Below, in pieces: positions 53,642 to 61,335 of a DNA stretch of 64,000 bases. Position numbers and translations under genes: made by a program. The notes below the pieces were generated by a model. It was not told the DNA's origin. It saw nothing but the letters and a program-made list of their open reading frames with translations, and ran no database searches. The stretch is taken from contig CAVWVA010000002.1 in the NCBI GenBank assembly GCA_963758385.1, positions 659,393 to 723,392 on the forward strand, read 5' to 3'. Source of the DNA: an uncultured Acidobacteriaceae bacterium (GTDB lineage Bacteria > Acidobacteriota > Terriglobia > Terriglobales > Acidobacteriaceae). The first letter of the stretch is position 1. Every line of letters starts with the position of its first letter.

Positions 53642-54133
53642 CTACATGCCGTTGTATTTTTCCCACTGGACGGTGCGGATGGCATTGTCCACCGTGCCGT
53701 GAGCCTGATCGATATGGTGCACAGCGCGATCGCGCATTCCCCTGGCCTCAGGCACATCCTCTGCCCGCGCGGTATCGTTGTGCGCCTTATCTAACAACTC
53801 CAACGCCTTGCGGAAGCGGCCGTCGGGACGCATGCGTACATCGATGGGAGGGTGATCTTCAAGGTTTTTACCATCATCGATCGAAGCCCGTTTGATCTCG
53901 GCGATGGCGCTATCGATCTCACGAATCGCATGTTCCTCATCGTGCTGAACGGGCGGCCACGCAATCTGGTCCAGATACGCGCGTGCCATACGTAAATCAG
54001 ACAGCGCATGCAGGTAGGCCGGGTGTGGTCCTGGGACTTGTTGAGCGGAAGCTGCCTTGGGATTCATAACAAGAATTCCCAGAAGCACGAGACACATGGC
54101 TGTGATGGTCATCTTTATGCGCACGATATTCAT
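53642..54133 (-). CDS. hypothetical secreted helical protein, immediately upstream of the TPR-CHAT gene
   Basis: Start set at ATG 54133, giving MNIVRIKMTITAMCLVLLGILVMNPKAASAQ. The mature part is His/Asp/Arg-rich. I recognised no domain. Confidence 0.5.
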   Translation of the reverse strand: MNIVRIKMTITAMCLVLLGILVMNPKAASAQQVPGPHPAYLHALSDLRMARAYLDQIAWPPVQHDEEHAIREIDSAIAEIKRASIDDGKNLEDHPPIDVRMRPDGRFRKALELLDKAHNDTARAEDVPEARGMRDRAVHHIDQAHGTVDNAIRTVQWEKYNGM

Positions 54134-54293
54134 ACCTTCTTTCCTGGTTAGGGGAGTTCGTGACTTTGGTAAGGCTGCAGGCAACGCTGCAACCAACCGA
54201 GTAGACCCTAACAGCCCGGCAACAGTTGCGGAACGGATTTCAGATCAGGAAGAGATACAACGATAGTTGTAGATAACGAAATAGTTCTATGCT

Positions 54294-55220
54294 GTGAAGG
54301 TGAGAGCAAGCGATGCAATGAGCTCGTATCTTCGGACCCGCCGTCGACTTCACTGGGCCGCTTATGTTTTGTTGATCCTCTGCGTTCAGGCGGCACACCC
54401 ACAGCAAACAGGTTTTCGGATCATAGAATGGTCCCCGCTTCGCTTACAAAGCGGTTCACCACTGTTGTTCAGGATTGAGATGGAACAGCCGGTCCGTGAA
54501 CTGCAGGGCACATGGCTAAATCACTCCCTCGCTTTTAGCAAGGCGCGCGATGGGAACACCTGGTACGCGCTAGCCGGGATCGACGTCGAGCAGGCGCCCG
54601 GAACCTATACGCTGAAACTAAACGCAACCACCACGGATGGCCGCGACCTTCATGCCAGCAGGCAGGTAGCCGTGCTGCCGGCAAGTTACAAAACCACCAC
54701 GCTGCATGTACAAGAGAAATACGTGGAGCCCGATGCGGCGACACTGCAGCGCATTGCCGCGGATAAAGTAGTGAAGGACGCTGCCTTCGCTCATCAGATC
54801 AGTCAGCCTTTGTGGACAGGCAGCTTTCAATCCCCAGTACCCCTGGCTCCGAGCGACTCCTTTGGGACGCGCCGCATGTTCAATGGTGAGCTCGCGAGCA
54901 TCCATCGCGGAACCGACTTCCACGCGCCGTCAGGAACACCAGTGGTGGCCGCCAATGACGGCGAAGTGGTCATTGCTCAACCCATGTTCTACGAGGGTAA
55001 CCTGGTAGTCATCGACCACGGGCAGCAGTTCATGACGCTGTACATGCACTTGTCAAAAATACAAGTGGAGGTCGGAGAGCGGGTCACCAAGGGCGAACGC
55101 ATCGGGCTCAGTGGGGCTACCGGGCGGGCAACGGGGCCACATCTTCACCTGGGAGTGCGTTGGCAGGGTATGTACGTTGACCCGGTGGTCCTGCTCGGGT
55201 TGTCGTTGCCCAAGCGCTAG
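54294..55220 (+). CDS. M23 family metallopeptidase (LytM/lysostaphin-type)
   Basis: HRGTDFHAPSGTPVVAANDGEVV...LVVIDHGQQFMTLYMHLS...GATGRATGPHLHLGV. Confidence 0.85.
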   Translation: MKVRASDAMSSYLRTRRRLHWAAYVLLILCVQAAHPQQTGFRIIEWSPLRLQSGSPLLFRIEMEQPVRELQGTWLNHSLAFSKARDGNTWYALAGIDVEQAPGTYTLKLNATTTDGRDLHASRQVAVLPASYKTTTLHVQEKYVEPDAATLQRIAADKVVKDAAFAHQISQPLWTGSFQSPVPLAPSDSFGTRRMFNGELASIHRGTDFHAPSGTPVVAANDGEVVIAQPMFYEGNLVVIDHGQQFMTLYMHLSKIQVEVGERVTKGERIGLSGATGRATGPHLHLGVRWQGMYVDPVVLLGLSLPKR

Positions 55221-55227
55221 CCCTCAC

Positions 55228-55563
55228 TTACTTATTGGTGTCCTCGAAGGCGAACTTGCCCAGCTCAAACGGATGAGAGGTGGGTGGCTTGCTCTGCATT
55301 CCGGCGATTGGGTAAGACTGGGGCGCGAGGGTTGGGAAACCCCAGATCTTCCCGCTGCGCATGTCCACCACCACCTTGCCATAGACCTGGCTGCTGCCAT
55401 CAGGCTTGCGCAGCATCTCAGCTCCCGGCTCAATGTAAAACGGGTACGCGTCTGTGGATTGCGCCTGCGCGGCGGGGGGCACGAGCATTGGTTGCACGGC
55501 AATCGCAACCAATGCGATGGCAATGATCAACAGCAAAACGATAGTAAGGTTTTCTCTGCGCAT
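55228..55563 (-). CDS. hypothetical small secreted or membrane-anchored protein
   Basis: 111 aa with an N-terminal TM/signal segment, LTIVLLLIIAIALVAIAVQP. I recognised no motif. Confidence 0.45.
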   Translation of the reverse strand: MRRENLTIVLLLIIAIALVAIAVQPMLVPPAAQAQSTDAYPFYIEPGAEMLRKPDGSSQVYGKVVVDMRSGKIWGFPTLAPQSYPIAGMQSKPPTSHPFELGKFAFEDTNK

Positions 55564-55654
55564 GGGTCCTCCTGGTGAGCAAACCTAGTGTATTCGCTCA
55601 CCATCTACTTGCAGATTTACAGGAGAACTACCGCAGCCACCCGGTATCCACTCA

Positions 55655-56515
55655 TCAAGGCTTGTTAGGTGGGTTAGTTGGAGGATTCGCAGGCGGTGTG
55701 GTCGGTGCCGGCGCGGTTTTTTCTTCAACCTTCGGCTGGATGGAGAGCAACTCCACGTCGAACACCAGAGTGGCGTTGGGCCCAATCGGCCCCGGCCCAC
55801 GCTCGCCATAGGCCAGATCCGGTGGAATAAACAGCTGCCACTTCGATCCAACGGGCATCAGTTGCAGGGCTTCCGTCCATCCCTTGATAACCCCGCCCAC
55901 GTTGAAAGTAGCCGGCTGACCTCGCTTGTAAGAGCTGTCAAACTCCGTATCGTCGATCAGGGCCCCGCGGTAGTTGCAAACGACGGTATCGGTCGCGACC
56001 GGCTTGGGTCCCGTGCCCGCGGTCAGGATCTTATATTGCAAACCACTCGGCAGGGTGACAACTCCCGCTTTGGTGGCGTTCGCGGCCAGGAATGCCGCGC
56101 CTGCCTTCTTGTTGCTCTCAGCCTGGGCCAGCCTCTTCTCTTCCTGCTTTTGCCGCACCTGATTCTGTAGATCCGTCATGATCGTCCTGATCTGATCGTC
56201 GGTTAAGAGCACCTTGCCGTCGCCCAGCGCGTCTTCCAGACCCTGGAGCACAATTTTCGGCTCCACTGCTATCGAATCGCGGTGCAGACTTTTCCCCACG
56301 TTTAGACCGATGGCATAGCTTTGCTTGTCTTCGTCTGTCTGCAGTACCAGGGGTTTCGGTTTGGCCGCAGTCGTGGCGTGGTGGGTCGTGGTGCTGGGCC
56401 GAGGTTTTGCCGGTGTAGTGGTCGTCGTGGGCGGCGTCTGCTGGGCGGCGGCGCTCCCCAGGAGAACAATACCGGCAGCCACTACTTTCATCGCCGTTGT
56501 ACGTGGTTTGTGCAT
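55655..56515 (-). CDS. FKBP-type peptidyl-prolyl cis-trans isomerase (FkpA/Mip-like), secreted, with Pro/Thr-rich tails
   Basis: An FKBP_N helical domain is followed by the FKBP_C domain: LPSGLQYKILTAGTGPKP...YRGALIDDTEFDSSY...GVIKGWTEALQLMPVGSKWQLFIPPDLAYGERG...LVFDVELL. Start set at ATG 56515. Confidence 0.85.
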   Translation of the reverse strand: MHKPRTTAMKVVAAGIVLLGSAAAQQTPPTTTTTPAKPRPSTTTHHATTAAKPKPLVLQTDEDKQSYAIGLNVGKSLHRDSIAVEPKIVLQGLEDALGDGKVLLTDDQIRTIMTDLQNQVRQKQEEKRLAQAESNKKAGAAFLAANATKAGVVTLPSGLQYKILTAGTGPKPVATDTVVCNYRGALIDDTEFDSSYKRGQPATFNVGGVIKGWTEALQLMPVGSKWQLFIPPDLAYGERGPGPIGPNATLVFDVELLSIQPKVEEKTAPAPTTPPANPPTNPPNKP

Positions 56516-56617
56516 ATCGTCATTTTCGCACCCTGCCTTCAGCCTGGGCAAACCCACCTACCGGGTATTCATTTGCCACCAACAACATGGCAATTGTGCG
56601 CAAGTGCGAAATAATGG

Positions 56618-57961
56618 ATGGAAATGGGCCAAACGCAAGCGATCGGTATTGACTTCGGAACAACCAACAGCACCGTCGCGCGCGCCTCGGGCAACGGTAA
56701 CCTGGAACTTGTTGGCTTCCCCACCAGTGGGGGAGCGACATTTTCCTTTCGCTCGGTGCTCTATCTCCAGCAGCTCCGCCAAGCCGGCCGTGCAAAGACG
56801 CAAACCTGGACTGGTCCTGCGGCCATCGAGCACTATCTTGCGGCGGAGCACAAAGGGCGGCTCATTCAGTCGCTCAAATCCTACCTGTCCGATCGCACGC
56901 TCACGGGAACGGCGGTCTTTGGCCGGCACCTTACGCTGGAAGATCTGATCTCGCGCATCCTCGCCGATTTGCGCCGCGGCGCCGAACGGCAATTTCACAC
57001 GCCAGTAACTTATGCCATGGTGGGGCGGCCAGTGCGTTTTGTTGGCGCGGAGAACGAAGAAGATGAGGAGTTTGCCCTGGCTCGCTTGCGCCAGGCTTTC
57101 GCTGTCGCGGGTTTTGACCAGGTCGACTTTGAGATGGAGCCGGTTGCAGCGGCCTATGCTTACGAGTCAACCCTCGATCATGATGAGCTCATTCTTATCG
57201 GTGACTTTGGAGGCGGCACCAGCGACTTCTCCTTGCTGCACGTTGGCCCTGGAGTGCGCAAGCGGGGACGCAAGCCTGAGGATCTGCTCGGCAACAGCGG
57301 TGTCGGCCTGGCCGGTGATGCCTTTGACGCCAGGCTCGTCCGCAAGCTCGTCTCTCCCGCCCTGGGGTCGGAATCGTTTGCCCGCTCACTCAACAAGGTT
57401 CTACCCGCCGTGCCCGCATGGATCTACGCGAATCTCGAGCGCTGGCATTACCTCTCGTTTTTGCGCACAGCGAACGTGGTTGAGATTCTGAAGAGCGCCC
57501 GCCTTCGCGCCCTGGAGCCAGAAAAGATCGAAGCCCTGATCACACTGATAGACGAGGATCTTGGCTACCATCTTCACCAGGCTGTTCAACGCGTCAAGTT
57601 CGAGCTTTCCAGTTCCGAGACGGCGGAATTCCATTTCCGCGACGGCAGCATGGATCTCCGCATCGCTGTTACTCGCGCCGCCTTCGAAGGTTGGATCGCC
57701 GAAGACCTGCATGCCATCGAGCAGTGCATCGATTCGCTACTGCAAAGCGCGGGCATCAGCCGCAGCCAGGTAGACCGGGTCTTTCTCACCGGCGGCACGT
57801 CGCTGGTGCCCGCCGTCCGCCGCATCTTCGCAGTGCGCTTTGGAGAGGACCGCATCAAGACGGGCAACGAATTTATATCGGTAGCCCGAGGCTTGGCGCT
57901 CCGCGCGGAAGAAGCACTGACGACCGAAAACCGTATTCAACCCGGGCTGGCCCCCACTTAG
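56618..57961 (+). CDS. Hsp70-family actin-fold ATPase (YegD-like, no substrate-binding domain)
   Basis: 447 aa. The phosphate-1 motif is IGIDFGTTNS, the phosphate-2 motif is IGDFGGGTSDFSLL and the adenosine motif is VFLTGGTSLVPAVRR. Confidence 0.8.
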   Translation: MEMGQTQAIGIDFGTTNSTVARASGNGNLELVGFPTSGGATFSFRSVLYLQQLRQAGRAKTQTWTGPAAIEHYLAAEHKGRLIQSLKSYLSDRTLTGTAVFGRHLTLEDLISRILADLRRGAERQFHTPVTYAMVGRPVRFVGAENEEDEEFALARLRQAFAVAGFDQVDFEMEPVAAAYAYESTLDHDELILIGDFGGGTSDFSLLHVGPGVRKRGRKPEDLLGNSGVGLAGDAFDARLVRKLVSPALGSESFARSLNKVLPAVPAWIYANLERWHYLSFLRTANVVEILKSARLRALEPEKIEALITLIDEDLGYHLHQAVQRVKFELSSSETAEFHFRDGSMDLRIAVTRAAFEGWIAEDLHAIEQCIDSLLQSAGISRSQVDRVFLTGGTSLVPAVRRIFAVRFGEDRIKTGNEFISVARGLALRAEEALTTENRIQPGLAPT

Positions 57962-59925
57962 CCCGCGGAATGAGCACAGCAACTCGCCGCATTCTTGATG
58001 CGAGGCAAATCGATGACCGGATTCTGATCAAAGAACCCTGACGGCGCCAGCGTAAACCCGCACATCACGCAGGACTGTACCGGATGATCCTCAGGGCGCG
58101 GCAAATGATGCACGCCAAAGCTATGCCAAAGCACTACATCCGTGTTCTCGATTGGCCGGTCCTTCGCAGTCCAAGCGGGAAGGCCATCATTCCCGGTTGA
58201 TTGGTTCACAAACTCTCCCGCGGGATATCGCTCATTAGAATCGAAAGGCGTCACCCACAGCTGGTGCTGAAGGAAGCGGCCTCGCCTGCCCGACGGGCCA
58301 TCCGGATGAGTAAATGGATGCAACGGCGACCGCGCCTCGAGCTTGTAGGCGGTTGGTTTGCCTACCCAGTTGTTAGTGTTAGGGTTGGTGATTCTCCAGT
58401 ACCGCATCTTCGAAAAATCGAAGTTGCGTTTCGCCTGGCCTTCCGTTTTCAGCGCCGTCTCCTGTACGTAAAAGGCATTGCCATGCGGATTTTCCGGTCC
58501 CATCGGCACCGCAAGCGTATCGCATTCCGTCACCGTGTTATTCGGCCCGTCTACCTCCATATCCAGCCGCGCAGAAAAGACGTGCTGGTGGATGTGGCCC
58601 ACGATCCCCGGCGCCACCTCAGTTCCAAACTTGCCAGGTTCGCCGGGACGGCAACCCGCAGTATTGATAATTCCGGTGGCCTTCATCTCGTATTCAATAC
58701 GCCCATCCTGATGCAAATACCAATAGGACGCATACTCGTAGTTGCCAATGGTCGAGATGGAAGAGATCACCAGTTTCCGCGCACGGCGCACCTCGGTGCG
58801 GTCAGTACGCAGATCGAAATGCTTCCACGACATGCCGGCGTCTTCCTCGTGCAGGCAGATACACCTCTCAATGGTGCGCGGGTTACCGAAAAGGTCTGAC
58901 ACTACGGCATCGAAATAGTGAATGACGCCCAGACAATCGCAACCCAGGGTCAGCGAGTTCGCCATGCGGCCGAAACCCAGCTCACCGCTGTCGAAAACAT
59001 TCTTACGATAGTGGCTTCGTTCCGGCGTCCCGTATGGAACCACCATCTCGGCAATCGATGCACGATAAACGATCGGCCGGCGCTGGCCATTGAGTGTGTA
59101 GCCGATGGTGTAAAGCACCAAGCCCTCGCGGCCATTGAAGCCGACCCGGAAGTCCCAGTTTTCCCACACTACCTTGTTGCCCTCCACCACGAAACCGGCT
59201 CCATCTGGCTGCACCACATCAAGCCGTGACGACGGCTTGCGGAACTTCTGCAAAAGGTCCGCGTCGTAGTTCAACGGCATACGTGGTACTGGAATGTAAT
59301 CACCATCCTGCTCGAAATGGTCGTGCACATCCAATACCTCGAGCGTGGTCACATCAATCAACGCGTGCAGCCCCTCCACCGGGTGGGCGTAAAAATTGTC
59401 CAGCGGAAACATCCTCATCCAGATAAAGCAGTTGAGAACCCGGCGGCCTTTCTCGATCGCGATATCGAAGTCGCCAGTGGTCCAGGGGTCGACGCACATA
59501 TACTGCAACTCGCTGAGCAGCCCCCGGCGGCGCAGCGCTTCCTGAAATCTGGGATCGGCCTTGACCGTCTCCTCAATCTCCAGGATCTCTTTGACTGCAA
59601 TCATTGGCCGGGCGTCTTCTCTGAATGTCTTCGAGACTACCTTGGCGCTACCGAGATCGACCACGCCCACCCACACCCCCATCACGCCTCGCTGATACAC
59701 ATGGAAGCGTGCGGTTCGGGCAGGCGCATTTTCTTGAACGTAGTGGCGCACAACATCTTTCGCGGGCTCGTTGATATCGATCGTCTCCACCCGGAAATCC
59801 TCTCCCCACTTGAAGTGGTCCTGGAGAATGCGTGTGGCCTCTGTAATCTCAGCAGCTGTCAGCGGATCAAGAGGATGGTTAACCGCGAGCCCGGCTGCGG
59901 AAACATCGTCTGCTTTCAAAGGCAT
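57958..59925 (-). CDS. tynA: copper-containing primary amine oxidase (TPQ cofactor)
   Basis: 655 aa. The TPQ consensus is TIGNYEYASYW. The Cu ligands are GHIHQHVF and a later His in WHSFGVHHLPRPED. No signal peptide is apparent. Confidence 0.9.
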   Translation of the reverse strand: MPLKADDVSAAGLAVNHPLDPLTAAEITEATRILQDHFKWGEDFRVETIDINEPAKDVVRHYVQENAPARTARFHVYQRGVMGVWVGVVDLGSAKVVSKTFREDARPMIAVKEILEIEETVKADPRFQEALRRRGLLSELQYMCVDPWTTGDFDIAIEKGRRVLNCFIWMRMFPLDNFYAHPVEGLHALIDVTTLEVLDVHDHFEQDGDYIPVPRMPLNYDADLLQKFRKPSSRLDVVQPDGAGFVVEGNKVVWENWDFRVGFNGREGLVLYTIGYTLNGQRRPIVYRASIAEMVVPYGTPERSHYRKNVFDSGELGFGRMANSLTLGCDCLGVIHYFDAVVSDLFGNPRTIERCICLHEEDAGMSWKHFDLRTDRTEVRRARKLVISSISTIGNYEYASYWYLHQDGRIEYEMKATGIINTAGCRPGEPGKFGTEVAPGIVGHIHQHVFSARLDMEVDGPNNTVTECDTLAVPMGPENPHGNAFYVQETALKTEGQAKRNFDFSKMRYWRITNPNTNNWVGKPTAYKLEARSPLHPFTHPDGPSGRRGRFLQHQLWVTPFDSNERYPAGEFVNQSTGNDGLPAWTAKDRPIENTDVVLWHSFGVHHLPRPEDHPVQSCVMCGFTLAPSGFFDQNPVIDLPRIKNAASCCAHSAG

Positions 59926-60173
59926 TGGTCGTACCTCTCTAAATAGGTTTTTCGGGGTTAGTCAGGTGAGCGAGGTGCTCAGGTGGGGCAAATCGACTTG
60001 GCGCTGCCCGCGGAGAAAGCGGTAGCCGCCAATCACAACCCCTGCAACCACAATATAGCGTCCGAGGTTATAGGGGCAAGATCGGATCCGGCAAAAAACC
60101 GCCAAACTCAAGATTTCCATGAGCGCTGTTGACCGGTCTTGGGCTATGATCTGTCGTGCAAAGGAGGTCGATC

Positions 60174-60788
60174 GTGTTATCCGTGGTGTCCCTCCCGGTG
60201 CGAGTTGTCGCCCTGCTTATTGCCGGTTCCCTGGTCGATCTTTCCGTAGCCGCCGAGACCGTAGTACGCTGCGACTCCCACGGCCCTCGCAAAGTCTGTC
60301 CTGCCGATACGCGCGGCGGAGTCTCGCTCCGTTACCAGTACAGCTCCGATGGCTGCTGGCAGAATGACACCTGGGGCTCTGACGCCAAAGGCATTTGGGT
60401 GTCCAATGGCTGCCAGGCGGACTTTAGCGTAGGTGCCCCGCCGCCCCCAAAACCGGCGAAGGGTACCGACGATAAAAACGGAGACGTACTCGCCGGGCTG
60501 CTGATCGGTGCACTGGCCGGTGCGGCCATCACTGCCGCGGTGAGCGGCAATAAAAATAACAACAACAACGACTGGGATGGCGGGGATGATTTTGATCATT
60601 ATCAGCGCCGGGTCCGTTGCAACTCCGACGATATGGGTCCCCACCAGTGTGGCGTTGGCCGTATCCGTTACGCCGAGTTAGCTCGTCAATACAGTGGTTC
60701 GCCCTGCATCTTCGGCCAGACCTGGGGCTACGGGCGAGACACTATCTGGGTAGACCGCGGTTGCCGCGCTGACTTCTGGGTGCGCTGA
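60174..60788 (+). CDS. DUF3011-type Cys-rich repeat protein with a central glycine-zipper-like hydrophobic segment
   Basis: AAGGAGG lies 7 nt before GTG 60174. A signal peptide is present. There are two repeats of the pattern VRC.S....C......Y...S...C....TWG......IWV..GC.A.F, separated by GDVLAGLLIGALAGAAITAAVSG and an Asn run. Confidence 0.6.
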   Translation: MLSVVSLPVRVVALLIAGSLVDLSVAAETVVRCDSHGPRKVCPADTRGGVSLRYQYSSDGCWQNDTWGSDAKGIWVSNGCQADFSVGAPPPPKPAKGTDDKNGDVLAGLLIGALAGAAITAAVSGNKNNNNNDWDGGDDFDHYQRRVRCNSDDMGPHQCGVGRIRYAELARQYSGSPCIFGQTWGYGRDTIWVDRGCRADFWVR

Positions 60789-61216
60789 TGAAACGAACCT
60801 GTCTGTTACTGCTGCTGTTAACCGCCTCCAGCGGCATTTGCCAAACCAGGGAAGCCGCCCAGGAAGCAGAGACGAAGCCGGATGCGCCTATTCCCGGGCT
60901 GACCGCCGACCAGAGCCGATTCTTTCGTTACTTCGATGCCAACCAGGATGGCCAAATCAGCCGCGAAGAATACCGCAACGTGATCGTGCGCTTCTTTGAG
61001 CGGATGGATCGCAAGCACCACGGCTATGTTGACGATGCGGAGATACGCAAAGCATTTCCCGCCGTCAGGCAGGGGCAGCCAATCGATCCCCATCTCCGTC
61101 TATCGTTAACGGAATTTGAAGACTTCATGTTGGCTCGCTTTGACAAGGCCGACGTGGAGCACAACGGCGTTCTGCCTCCGGCCGAGTTCAAAGTCCTGCA
61201 AGAGACGTCCCAGTAA
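60788..61216 (+). CDS. secreted EF-hand calcium-binding protein
   Basis: 142 aa with a TGATG overlap to the previous gene. A signal peptide is present. The canonical EF loop is DANQDGQISREE, with a second degenerate loop DKADVEHNGVLPPAEF. Confidence 0.7.
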   Translation: MKRTCLLLLLLTASSGICQTREAAQEAETKPDAPIPGLTADQSRFFRYFDANQDGQISREEYRNVIVRFFERMDRKHHGYVDDAEIRKAFPAVRQGQPIDPHLRLSLTEFEDFMLARFDKADVEHNGVLPPAEFKVLQETSQ

Positions 61217-61335
61217 ATCGCTGCACGTGGTGTCCCATGAAAAAATGGCTTTAGGTACGGGGATTTATCCCCGGTATCAACGCCGCCTAGCCACCGTGGC
61301 CTTAGGCCCTGAGGCATGCTTTCCGTAGCACCACG

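Noticed and set aside
53521-53757. N-terminal extension of the CHAT ORF (MCLRPGECAIAL..).
   Set aside because: It is Cys-rich junk overlapping the upstream gene's 3' end. ATG 53520 gives a standard signal peptide.
57958-57961. Convergent Hsp70-like and amine oxidase genes share overlapping stop codons (TTAG: TAG on the plus strand, TAA on the minus strand).
   Set aside because: The overlap is real but trivial. Such compact convergent ends are common and imply nothing functional by themselves. No terminator can be placed between the genes.
60549-60569. An AAT/AAA/AAC-rich run including (AAC)4 that encodes NKNNNNN in the DUF3011 protein. I considered it as a slippage or phase-variation tract.
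   Set aside because: It is only four perfect trinucleotide units. Slippage would stay in frame, and the tract is too short for typical phase-variable tracts.
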